A stretch of DNA of 63,752 bases, the filler included, from Octopus bimaculoides (Eukaryota), in NCBI RefSeq assembly GCF_001194135.2. It is 7 parts of 4 records of this genome, joined end to end, with 100 filler letters (N's around TTAATTAATTAA, not from the genome) between each part and the next. Parts side by side here need not be neighbours in the genome. Positions count along the whole stretch, not along the records: positions 40,795 to 60,570 come from NC_068984.1; positions 60,671 to 62,564 come from NC_068981.1; positions 62,665 to 63,752 come from NW_026344453.1; 4 more parts are not named here. The stretch is one strand, 5' to 3'. Of this stretch, positions 52,589 through 63,752 are shown in pieces. Every line of letters begins with the position of its first letter. Positions within the stretch are counted from its first letter, which is position 1. Below the pieces are notes generated by a model. The model had not been told where the DNA came from, ran no database searches, and worked only from the letters and a program-made list of their open reading frames with translations. Position numbers and translations under genes: made by a program.

Positions 52589-52715
52589 TCAACAGAAGAT
52601 CCAGTAGGTGGCCTCGTAATTCGAAATGCGAGAATTCAACATTCAGGTTATTACACTTGCATTGTGAAAAGCACTATTAACAAGGTTAAAGCTAGATCAT
52701 TTCTTTCTGTCAAAG
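52589..52715 (+). CDS. Cont: Contactin-like exon (second half of Ig6), phase 0/1
   Basis: Not in the ORF track; read by hand. ttttgttattatatatag acceptor and gtaaat donor. STEDPVGGLVIRNARIQHSGYYTCIVKSTINKVKARSFLSVK; phases fit both neighbours. Confidence 0.9.
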
Positions 52716-54250
52716 GTAAATATAATTGTTTTCGTATCATTTGTGCTTCTGTCATTGTCACTGACCATCAGGCCTGCCCTAATTGAACAGACCCGCAAGC
52801 AAAGTTGTTCCAGCCATAATCATCTCATCTTATTTCAGGCATGGTGCATCTATGACTACATTATCCGACGTTTCGTTTGCATTTTAAGACAGTAGGGTGT
52901 GGTTTCAGGGAGATTTTGGCTCTTATTTCTAGCATGTTGAGAAATTATATAGAGGCTCCTTAGACGGTACACACTTATTGGTTTGTGACCCTTCACTAAG
53001 ACACCGCATTGATTCGTTGACATGTATCACTTACATATATGATCAGCTCTGTTTTATATAAGGGATCTTGATTTAGGTATAAGAGTAACAATTTGGAAAT
53101 GGGGATAGATTATCGATGATACTGACTCGTCCACTTGATGGTATTTTTATTTCGTTGTTCCCGGATAAATGAAATGCTAAGTTGACCTCAGCGCAATTTG
53201 AATACAGAAAGTGAAGAGTCCGAAGAAATGCCGCAAAGCACAAAACTCTGCCAGCTAGCCTTCTATATTTTAGATATCTAACAGTACTGGCATGTATAGG
53301 CATTTACAATATGTAACATTTTATCTTAGAAAGACTTCTCAAAGTGAAATTATGCAATTAAATACTTCAAAGCATTTTGCTTAGTCCTCCACCAATTTTG
53401 ACATTCTCTGCTCGTATATTGCAGATGACATAGCTTTGATATGACTCTTCTAAATGTGAAGTATTTGATGTTCATTGTGATGTTATTGTGCTTCAGCTGC
53501 CAGTGTGCTTTTGCTGTGAAGAGATGTAACTTCAAGGGACATGTTTAATTAAGTTCTTATTGAAAGTATGTCCATTCCAAGCAATTTCTATCATAATATA
53601 TAATTAATCTAATTTCAATTTCCCATATTACTAAAAGCTAGTCGGATATATTTAATTGAGAAAAATATACCGATTAGAAAATGAGAATTATGAATCAGTT
53701 ACATGAATACTTAGGTTACAGTTAAATAGAACAGAGCAATACTTTTAACTTAAGCTACGCTGTAATAGAAATATGTTCGACCCCAGTTTACCATTGAATG
53801 TAGTGATTTCAGTAACCTAAAGGTAAATACATATATAACACGTTCGTGTACACTGAAACATGGAATGACCTTCGTTGCGGTAACTGTCTCGGAAGAGAAA
53901 TTCTTATATATAGTGTACGCGAAAGTACACCAAGTCGGATCGTGAATGATGGTGTGTTTACGTCCCCGTAACTTAGCGGTTCGGCAAAAGAGAACCGATA
54001 GAATAAGTACTAGGCTTATTAAGAATAAGCTCTGGGGTCGATTTGATCGACTATAAAGGCGGTGTTCCAGCATGGCCGAAGTCAAATGACTGAAACAATT
54101 AAAAGAGTAAAAGAGATAATGTGCATTTAATAAGAAATATATATTGTGATATGATCGATCGTTCGACCTTCTGCTTCTTCTTAATGCACGTTTCGTGCAT
54201 AAAGAAATCACTACGTTTAATTGATTTTTTTTTTTTATATCTTGTGACAG

Positions 54251-54415
54251 GTCCTCCAGGAGAAATAAGCGGTTTAGCTGCTGATGCTCATAACATCGGA
54301 AGGTCATCGGTTCATTTGAAATGGGTTCCTCCACCATATAATGGTTTTCAAATTAGTTTTTATACAGTATACAGCCGTTCAATTGACCAGCCTGAGTGGA
54401 AACTTCAAAGATCAA
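54251..54415 (+). CDS. Cont: Contactin-like exon (first half of FN3-1), phase 1/1
   Basis: cttgtgacag acceptor and gtaagt donor. GPPGEISGLAADAHNIGRSSVHLKWVPPPYNGFQISFYTVYSRSIDQPEWKLQRS has the GPPG Ig6-FN3 junction and the FN3 W and Y. Confidence 0.93.
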
Positions 54416-55106
54416 GTAAGTCCATTACATTATATACAGCTAAAAGTATATGGTACATATCCATTAATCTTCGAATGACTGGGGTTAGCATTCAGTTTCA
54501 AGATGGAAAGTACGATGAAATTTAAATCCCCATCGGCTAAAGCACCGGTCTAGCAGTGGTACCTAGAACTAATAATAAGAGAGCTGAATTGACACAGGCT
54601 AAAGTTTTCTGTCAAGAAACTCGCCGAAACGCTTGTATTATGCTTGGGCCCATTACTTTTGAGCATATTATATAATACCTTAAATATTCATCCCCTTCTA
54701 CTTGACTGTAGTTATCATCAAGCAGCCATTTTAGGTAGCTAGCTGACAGAATCGCTACGGTGCTGGACAAAATGCTTAGCGGCATTCCTTCCGGCTTTAC
54801 GTTCTGAGTTCATATTCCACTGAGGTCGACTCTCTTCCACCCTTTCGAGTTCGATAAAATGTGTATCAGTTGAGCACCGGGGGTCGACGTAATCGGCCAA
54901 CGCCCGCACCCATAACTGCGGTCCTTATGTCAAAATTTGAAATGATTGCCGTATAGATAGAGTGATATTGATGTTATTTATACACATGATAATGTAACGT
55001 TTTATATACATACATACATACATACATACATACATACATACATACATNNNNNNNNNNACATACATACATACATACATACATACATACATACATACATACA
55101 AATGTT

Positions 55107-55356
55107 TTTAGCCCCAAGAAACATCGTTTCTCGCTGGCTATACGACACACTATCTGTGTCCTTATATTTTCGAACAGAAAATTCAGCAACGCTACCGGGT
55201 CAAGCAGCTACTCTGTGTTGATAAAGAGCAATAACCCAGAAACTAGTCCAGAGATGTCTTGCGCTAGCTGGGTGTGCTGAGCTCCCTGTTTAAAAATATA
55301 AGGGCACAGATAGTGTGTCGCATAGCCAGCTAGAAACGATGTTTCTTGAGGCTAAA
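55107..55356. mobile_element. MITE with 71-bp TIRs
   Basis: 55107-55177 and 55286-55356 are inverted repeats with 6 mismatches. Confidence 0.8.
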
Positions 55357-55492
55357 GCAGCAGTAACATCATCTCTTTCAGGACAGCCACATTATGTTGG
55401 CAAACAGAATTTACTATACATATATATTTATATACTATGCCGTTATATTTTATGATTGGTGGACTTTTTCTAATTTCCTTCAATCTCTATAG

Positions 55493-55633
55493 ATATCCTT
55501 ATGAGGAACATTCGGATGGATGATACAGGGTTCCATTCACTCACCATTTCTGGATTGCATTCAAACCAAGACTATCAATTTTGTATAAGTGCTGCCAATA
55601 TCGAAGGTGTTGGAGACTTAAGCCATCCATCAA
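55493..55633 (+). CDS. Cont: Contactin-like exon (second half of FN3-1), phase 1/1
   Basis: ccttcaatctctatag acceptor and gtaaga donor. NILMRNIRMDDTGFHSLTISGLHSNQDYQFCISAANIEGVGDLSHPS has the FN3 L....Y.F.I.A.N..G.G motif. Confidence 0.92.
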
Positions 55634-56247
55634 GTAAGAATTGTGCTTTCATTGCGTGTGCTTGTGCATGTTTGCTCGCTTATAGTTTTTGTGTTTCTAC
55701 ATGTGTTCTATGCTACTTAATTTATGCTGTTAATCCGCAAGCAATACAATACCTCTTGAAGTTAATAGCATGGATCTTATCTTTATATATGCCACTGATT
55801 TCGAGAGATCAAGCAATCCAGTCTGTGTATTACACTAGTGCATAGGGTTATTATGATATATACATATTTTATCCAGATGTGTCTATCTGTTTTTGTCCAT
55901 GAGTAAGAACAACATACATATACTAACTTCATATAGCTTAGTACAAAGATATTCCCATAGTTTGTTATTGACTGGAGATGACACGTTTCAGAACATTCCG
56001 ACATTAGCGCTTTCCACGAGTGCCAACTCTAAAGAGTATGAAGCTGCATGGAAATGTTCAGGTAATGTGGAACACTTGCTGCGAGTAATTCACGATTATC
56101 TGTCATTAGCATTAGCAAGTTGTGACTGTACATATAAAATCAAATAAAAAACAAACATGAAATAATGTGATTTGAAATCCAATGTAGTCTTGATAACCTA
56201 TTGACCTTCTAATGACTTCAGTTGACATCTATTCTCTGTCATTTAAG

Positions 56248-56342
56248 GTTATATCCACACTTTGAGCTCACCTCCATTAATACCTCCAAAAGCCATAACT
56301 GGTGGAGGAGGAAAAGTAAAAACGCTTGTAATTGAGTGGTCG
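56248..56342 (+). CDS. Cont: Contactin-like exon (FN3-1/FN3-2 junction), phase 1/0
   Basis: Read by hand. ctctgtcatttaag acceptor and gtaagt donor. SYIHTLSSPPLIPPKAITGGGGKVKTLVIEWS; the GGGG(K) motif starting FN3-2 is typical of contactins rather than the L1/neuroglian family. Confidence 0.93.
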
Positions 56343-56442
56343 GTAAGTAAAAACATTTATTTATTCTTTTATCTTTTTACTCATGTGCTGATATTATGTT
56401 ATATGTAATCATTGATTTAAATTTTTCTTATCCCTAATAGTA

Positions 56443-57553
56443 TTAGGTTGTCAAGAAAGCTCTTGCGGAAATTAAAATTTTGATTTTAAATTATGCATTT
56501 TCAAATTAATTTTCGTTAAATTACTTTGGCTTTATATATCATGTTAAAGCCTGTTTTTCGCTCTATCTAATCGTGTTACACTTTTTCTTTTTGAATAATT
56601 AGGCCATTTTTTCCGGAACGTTGAATACAACATGGACAAAAAGCAAATTCGCACAATTTTCTTATTCCAGTTCAAGCTAGGCCGAAAAGCAGCTCGTGAT
56701 ATCAACGATGCGTTTGACCCAGGAACCACTAATGAACGTACAGCACAATGGTGGTTCAAGAAATTACGTAGCGGTGACGAGAGTCTTGAAGATGATAAGC
56801 GTTGTGGTCGGTCATCGGATGTTGACAACGATCAACTAAGAGCCTTAGTGGAAGCCAATCCACGCACAACTGTTTGAGAGCTTGCTTCGGAATTAGATGT
56901 AACCTATACGACAATTTCCAACCACTTGAAAGAGATTGAGAAAACAAAAATAGTTGAGAAATGGATGCCACATGAATTGAACGACAACCAAAATTTTTTA
57001 AATGCCGTTTTGAAGTGTCGCCTTCCCTTCTTTTACGCAACAAGAACGACCCGTTTCTCGACCGGATTATGACTTGTGATGAAAAGTGGATTCTTTACAA
57101 CCGCAACGCTCAGCTTAGTGGTTGGACGCCGACGAAGATCTACGGCACTTCCCGAAGCCAATGTTGCACCAAAAGAAGATCATGGTGACTGTTTGGTGGT
57201 CTGCGGCCGGTCTCAACCATCACAGCGTTTTGGATCCAGGCGAAACCATTACGACGGAGAAGTACTGTCAGCAAATGGATGAAATGCATAAGAAACTCCG
57301 ACAACAACAGCCAGCATTGGTCAATAGAAAAGGACCAATTTTTCTCCACGACAGCACTCGGCCGCACGTCGCACAACTGACTCTGCAGAAGTTGAACGAA
57401 TTGGGCTACTGGCAGAAATAAAATTGTTTCGTGTTGGCAAAAGTGTGTTGATTCTGATGGTGTTTATTTCGATTAAAAAAGTTTTGTTTGAGCCGAGATA
57501 TATGCATCTGAATGTAAAGATTAAAAACCGCAAGAACTTTCTTGACAACCTAA
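56443..57553 (+). mobile_element. Mariner, cecropia subfamily (Hsmar1-like), both TIRs present, internally deleted
   Basis: TA-ttaggttgtcaagaaag ... ctttcttgacaacctaa-TA. MDKKQIRTIFLFQFKLGRKAA, TCDEKWIL, HQKKIMVTVWWSAAG, LHDSTRPH, WQKCVDSDGVYFD*. Contains stops, frameshifts and loss of the YSPDL/third-Asp segment. Confidence 0.95.
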
Positions 57554-58359
57554 TACATTCAAATATTGGCACAGGACCAGAAATTTTTTCCGGGGAGCGA
57601 GTAAATCGATTACATCAACCGTAGTGCTCCTTATTTAATCGACCCCGAAAAGATGAAAGGCAAAGTCGACCTCAACGGAATTTGAACTGAGAATGCAAAG
57701 ACGGAATAAATGCCGCTAAGCACTTTATCCAGTGTGCTAACGATTCTGCCTGCTCGCCGCCGTCCGATTCCTAATAATAAAGCTCTTTGAGAATGGCAGA
57801 AAGCCACCAACAGGAGGAGACAGTTATAGTTCAATTTAATCATTTCCAGTACTTGACTGGTACTAACTATATTTAGTTGATCTCGGTTGAGTGATGCAAA
57901 TGAAAAATCCCACCGTGGGATGTAAACTCAGAACATAAAGGAAGCGCACCTTCCTTCTAAGCACTGCAGTAAACAGCAGAAGTGAGCTAGAATGTTAAAA
58001 CTTAGTGCGCATGCACAACAGAGTCAATCCATGCCAAGCCGCCTTACTCTATGTGCTTTAGCTTCGTTACTATGGCAATAGTCCAGATATTTATTGATCA
58101 GACCACGTATATTCGACGGGATTCTTTCAGTTTTCGACAACCAAATCAACTCACAAGGCTTTGATTGACCCGAGGCTATAGTAGAAGACATTAGCCTAAG
58201 ATACCACAGTGTGAGGATGAACCTGGAAACATGTGATTGGGGAGCATACATTTTCATTCTTTTAATGTTCTTTTTAGTGATTCTGTTCTTGCTTTTGGTG
58301 GAGTTTTTGTTTTGCTTTTTGTTATTTTGGTGGTGACTTGCCAGTAATTTTTTTTTCAG

Positions 58360-58449
58360 CCTCTTGAAATATGGGAACAAGGTGGTCCAGGGATCGGATA
58401 CAGTGTCTACTGGAGACTCAAAACAAATATAGGTGAAAATTGGTCAAAT
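58360..58449 (+). CDS. Cont: Contactin-like exon (FN3-2, middle), phase 0/0
   Basis: Read by hand. ttttttttttcag acceptor and gtaagg donor. PLEIWEQGGPGIGYSVYWRLKTNIGENWSN matches the contactin PL....NGPG..Y.V.WR pattern. Confidence 0.92.
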
Positions 58450-59244
58450 GTAAGGAGCTATTCTAGCGGTTATATTTTTGTAAGCTTTATTGAATTTATA
58501 TTTGTGCAAAAGTATGCACGAATATATACTTTTCTATAAACCATTGCTTCAATGTTTGTGTGAGACTGTGTTCGTATCCATGCGTGTTTGCATACACCCC
58601 CCCCACACACACACACACAAATGCACACAAGTTTTCTCTCTATTTATTTCTGCGTGTTCCTTTCTGCTGAAGAGCGTAGAGTCGAAACGTAAAAACTTTC
58701 TCACCTTCCAGAGCGTCGAATAATGCACCTCCTCGTTGTTTATACACCTGTCTTCGTCTTTTGTTTCACTGTAAATTTCAACTATATATAAGTATATATA
58801 TATATATAGCAATGTAGGTGTTTACTAATACCCTAGTCACATTTAGTGACAATTATAATTGTCCTTTTTTGATAAAACATTGCAAAAAGCCGTTTATATT
58901 AATTTTATATATTCACATTAGCGAATAGCTAAATCATCCAATAATTTGGATGACGAAAACATAAATACTAATAACGAAACATGTCCGGAAAAAGCTGAAA
59001 AATCGAGTCGGCTTAACTGATGAGGCAACGGAAATTCCCGAAATTGATGTCCGCATTAAGAATTCTCGGTCGGCATTTTTGGGACAATTATGTTCCCTGT
59101 TAGTGTATATGTTTTCATTGATGTGCGTTAACTACAGCATTAGAGCGCTTTAGCTCTTATTTCTAGCAGTGTAGGTGTTTCCTAACACCCTAGTCATATT
59201 TAGCGACAATTATAATTCTCCATTTTCGTGAAACATTGCAAACT

Positions 59245-60570
59245 CACACTCATACCTCAACTTCTCCTCCTCCCACCCTAAACACACCAGGCTTTCCATA
59301 CCCTATTCCCAATTCCTCCGTCTACGCAGGCTCTGTAGTGACGACTATAACTTTCAGACTTAGTCTGAACTCATGGCTCACCACTTTATCCTACGTGGAT
59401 ATCTCCTCACTACTATCCACACCGCCCTTGCCAGAGCACCCTACCTTTCCAGCGCTCCATTCTCCGAGCCTTCCGACGACTCCAGTCCGACCCCTTCACT
59501 TCGCACATCTTCCCTAACCGACCGCTCCCCTCCTTCAAACGAGCCCTCAACCTACGAGACCTCTTGGTCCACAGCTTCTNNNNNNNNNNNNNNNNNNNNN
59601 NNNNNNNNNNNNNNNNNNNNNNNNNNNNNNNNNNNNNNNNNNNNNNNNNNNNNNNNNNNNNNNNNNNNNNNNNNNNNNNNNNNNNNNNNNNNNNNNNNNN
59701 NNNNNNNNNNNNNNNNNNNNNNNNNNNNNNNNNNNNNNNNNNNNNNNNNNNNNNNNNNNNNNNNNNNNNNNNNNNNNNNNNNNNNNNNNNNNNNNNNNNN
59801 NNNNNNNNNNNNNNNNNNNNNNNNNNNNNNNNNNNNNNNNNNNNNNNNNNNNNNNNNNNNNNNNNNNNNNNNNNNNNNNNNNNNNNNNNNNNNNNNNNNN
59901 NNNNNNNNNNNNNNNNNNNNNNNNNNNNNNNNNNNNNNNNNNNNNNNNNNNNNNNNNNNNNNNNNNNNNNNNNNNNNNNNNNNNNNNNNNNNNNNNNNNN
60001 NNNNNNNNNNNNNNNNNNNNNNNNNNNNNNNNNNNNNNNNNNNNNNNNNNNNNNNNCCTTACTTTCCCCACTCTCGCCTACCCCACCTCCCCACACCATT
60101 ATACCACACCACACACCTTTACACCATACACCACCATACACAACACATCACATCACATCACACCACCACGCACACATTAGCACTGACCACTTCCCAGCCT
60201 CACAATTTCACACTTACACACACACGCGCACGTCAAGGTCACCAGCCCTCTACCACACGCTCATACATACTCTCTTGTACATACGCACGCGCACCCTTGT
60301 TTTGAGATCACCACTACTTTATTATCTCCCCTTCTTCCTAGCTCTGCTGTGTGACCCTTCTGTCCGACATTCGTCATGATAGATCGCTAACCACTACACA
60401 TCCTTTATTTTCTCTCCTTGTTTCTTTCTGTGTTCCTTTCTGTGGAAGAGCGTAGGCTTGAAACGTCAAAGACTTTTTCACTTCCCGAGCGTTAAACTAA
60501 TACATCTGTTTTATTGTCTACACCACCCGTCTTCGTGTTTTGTTCTTTTGTGAATTCTCTCCCTATATAT
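59245..60570 (+). mobile_element. Penelope-like element 3' part with terminal repeat (spans a gap)
   Basis: SIPYSQFLRLRRLCSDD thumb motif, then after the gap the terminal repeat with a hammerhead-like motif at 60436-60471. Confidence 0.8.
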
Positions 60571-60794
60571 NNNNNNNNNNNNNNNNNNNNNNNNNNNNNN
60601 NNNNNNNNNNNNNNTTAATTAATTAANNNNNNNNNNNNNNNNNNNNNNNNNNNNNNNNNNNNNNNNNNNNGGGGAAGAGGTGGAGGGGGGATCATGCAGA
60701 TTCCTGTACGTTACATTTAAATATGTGTGCAGTAATGCATTTAAATATACTGAACAACAACATAATCCATATTAGTTTGTTTTGTATGTGTGTC

Positions 60795-60829
<35 letters not shown>

Positions 60830-60951
60830 GTGTTTGTGTATACTATAGAAGCCGCATATTGTGATCACTTTGGGACAGCCCCTTTTAGAAAACAGTTACT
60901 TGATAACAGTATCTGATCATAAGAAATTTCCACTGTGCACACACACACACA

Positions 60952-60991
<40 letters not shown>

Positions 60992-61153
60992 CACATGCAT
61001 ATATATATATATACAAATACATATATTTGAAATATAAACGAACTTACGTTAAGGACGTAGAGCGAAGATTTTTTCTTCCCTTCTTTCTAAACCTTCATCT
61101 CGTTGTTACGTCGTTACTTTCCTGAAATTCATGCCGTTATGACAGTCGTCGCA

Positions 61154-61198
<45 letters not shown>

Positions 61199-61569
61199 GT
61201 GTGTGTGTGTGTTCAATAAATGTGTTTAATTAGAGATAATCTTTTTTCATATCACAGCTTTGTATTATTTACTTTATGCTTCTGAATACAAACTATTTTT
61301 CAAGCTGACTTTTCACTTCTCATCTCGCCTCGTTCAAATATTGTTGAATCGGTCATTTTATTTTTCTCCTTTCGTTAGCACATTTCGTTCAGCCTGATAT
61401 GATTTATGCTAAGATAGATCTATTTACTTACTTTTACATTCATACTCAAGTGCTTAAGTGACGCGCAAGATATATATATGTACACACTCATAAACGCGTA
61501 TAAACTGATACGTGCGACCCGACGAAGCCGGTAACATGTTGGTCTTCAGTTTGATAGATAGGATGTCGG

Positions 61570-61622
<53 letters not shown>

Positions 61623-61644
61623 CATCATCATCGTCATTATTATT

Positions 61645-62200
61645 ATTGAATGAGAGAGCAGTGCATGCCGTCAAAGTGATACTGGCGTACAAATATATAA
61701 AGTCCGGTATACCCATCATAATTGCCGGTCTGATAAAGGTACGCAAGGCACATGCACCACAACCATATGTGCGCCACATAGTGATCTCATATCCAGATAA
61801 ATAGCACATGATCATGCTGGCGGGGTCCAGTTAGAATTTTCTTCAAGTCGTCTGGCCCATCCCGCCCAAAAGTTCCCTGAATAAGGCTTGTTTAAGGATG
61901 TTGAACGAAACACCAATGAGGTGAATAATTCAAACCCCAAAGAATTCCTCTCAATACATAGCTATGATGCTCCCCCCACTACTTCTGCTCGTGGTCAGAG
62001 AGGCATATATTGTAATCAGCCAAGGGACATGCTCAACTCGTTAAGGTGAAACAACTGACAAGCAAATCTGTAATATTGAGCAGAATATTTGCTGTAGCCC
62101 ATCTTTTATATCAAACCAAAACATGTACATAATAGCACTGCCAATCAGTTAAGATCAGAAGCTATGAGAGCTAGTGCTTGGTATTGCATCAGGGCATTTA
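61645..62200 (-). mobile_element. Non-coding interspersed repeat family E, AAT-flanked
   Basis: A partial second copy lies at about 880-1050 (ggctatgatgctcccc...caactgacaagcaaat...agaatatttgct). (AAT)n tracts lie on both sides. Confidence 0.65.
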
Positions 62201-62202
62201 AC

Positions 62203-62564
62203 ATTATTATTATTGTTCAGTAGTTTTATTTTTATAACGTGCTTTCACTTCACTACCGAGCGCAGCTCTGTGCGCCTTGGGTATGTGCTGTGGTTTGCTG
62301 TGGTGCTCTTATGTTTACTGTATTGAAAGTGCTTTGCGTAGAATGTGTGCAGTGCCCAGTAGTGCAATTTTCTGTATGTTATATATATTTGTAAGTCCTG
62401 GTGTTTTTGTTATGTATTTGTCTGAATATTTTTTTATTATACCTAAAGCACCTACTATGATAGGAATTGTTTCTGTTTTTAGACTCCACATTCGAGTTAT
62501 CTCTATTTCCAGGTCTTTGTATTTTGAAAGTTTTTCCATTTCTTTTAGAGAAACGTTGTCATCT
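62203..62564 (-). mobile_element. R4/Dong-type 3' end with (AAT) tail
   Basis: EKLSKYKDLEIEITRMWSLKTETIPIIVGALG...IQKIALLGTAHILRKAL*, 3' UTR, then aataataat. Confidence 0.88.
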
Positions 62565-62664
62565 NNNNNNNNNNNNNNNNNNNNNNNNNNNNNNNNNNNN
62601 NNNNNNNNTTAATTAATTAANNNNNNNNNNNNNNNNNNNNNNNNNNNNNNNNNNNNNNNNNNNN

Positions 62665-63752
62665 AGAACGTACGTACAAACGAACCAACGTACGAACGAA
62701 CCAACGTACGTATGGACAAATTAACGAACGTACGTACGTACGTATGAACGGTCGAACGAACGTACGTTCGTATGTACGAACGAATGAAAGAACGAACGTA
62801 CGTACGTATGACGTAGGCAGGAAATAACGAAAGAACGAACGTACGTACAAACGAAGAATTGAACTAACGTACGTACGTAAGTACGAACGAANNNNNNNNN
62901 NACGTAAGAACGAACGAACGTACGAACGAACGAACGTACGAACGAACGAACGTACGTATGAACGACCGGACGAACGAACGTACGTACGAACGAACGAACG
63001 TACGTACGAACGAACGAACGTAATTACGTAAGTACGAATGGGCGTACATATATGCGAACGTACATATATACGAACATAATATATACGTACATACGTACGA
63101 ACGATTAAACGAAAGAACGTACGTACGCAGGAAGAAAATGACGAAATAACGTACGTGCGAACGAAGGAACTTACTTACGTACGTATGAACGATCGTACGA
63201 ACGGACGTACGTATGTACGAACGAATGAAAGAACGAACGTACGAATGTAAGTACAAACTAACGTACATATATACGTACGTACGTACGAACGACTGAACGA
63301 ACGAACGTACGTTCGCAGGTAAGTACTAACGAAAGAAAGTAAGTACCTACGAACGAACGTACGTACGTACGTCGGGAAGAATGAACGCCAGAACGAACGT
63401 ACGAACAAACGTACGAACTAAAATACTTACGAACCAAGGTACGTACGTATTACGTAGGCAGGAATTAACGAAAGATCGTACGTACAAATGAACCAACATA
63501 CGAACGAACGAACGTACGTATGAACGAATTGACGAACGTACGTACGTACGAACGAACTTACGTACGTACGTACGTATGAACGAACGAACGTACGTACGTA
63601 TTACGTAGGCAGGAAGTAACGAAAGAACGTACGTACGTACGAACGAAGAATTAAACTAACGTACGTACGTATCTACGAACGAACGTACGTACGTACGTAT
63701 CTACGAACGAACGTACGTACGTACGTATTACGTAGGCAAGTAATAACGAAAG
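62665..63752. repeat. CpG-rich compound (ACGT)n/(ACGA)n satellite with higher-order unit
   Basis: Mixed cgta/cgaa tetramers punctuated by the recurring tacgtaggcaggaa(n)taacgaaagaacg near 62810, 63450, 63600 and 63727. Runs off the window end. Confidence 0.9.

Noticed and set aside
55960-56059. AG/GT-bounded open segment between contactin FN3 exons
   Set aside because: The phase is incompatible with the phase 1 donor at 55633, the compatible frames contain stops, and the flanking exons already join seamlessly.

Overview
AT-rich, microsatellite-dense, gap-ridden eukaryotic draft scaffold. The repeat families and the CNTN-type protein point to an animal, most likely an octopod cephalopod (inference). 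The only confidently supported gene is nine + strand exons (41055-58449) of a contactin-like cell-adhesion gene, with GT-AG sites and matching phases throughout: 508 codons covering the second half of Ig3, Ig4-Ig6, FN3-1 and part of FN3-2. Its 5' and 3' ends lie outside the window or in gaps. About 1.4 kb upstream of the first contactin exon, on the opposite strand, is a clean 180-nt open exon (39444-39623) resembling part of a Dbl-homology (RhoGEF) domain, suggesting a nested or interleaved antisense gene. The rest is repeat-derived: several tRNA-headed SINE families, mariner/Tc1/maT/pogo remnants and MITEs, a Helitron 3' end, R4/Dong-type LINE fragments, Penelope-like elements, a U6 pseudogene and a CpG-rich terminal satellite. 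At least eight hammerhead-ribozyme-like motifs occur in Penelope-type terminal repeats. One sits inside a tRNA-headed SINE-like element, and one family carries a shared non-canonical core. All alignments and folds were made by eye; no database search was run.
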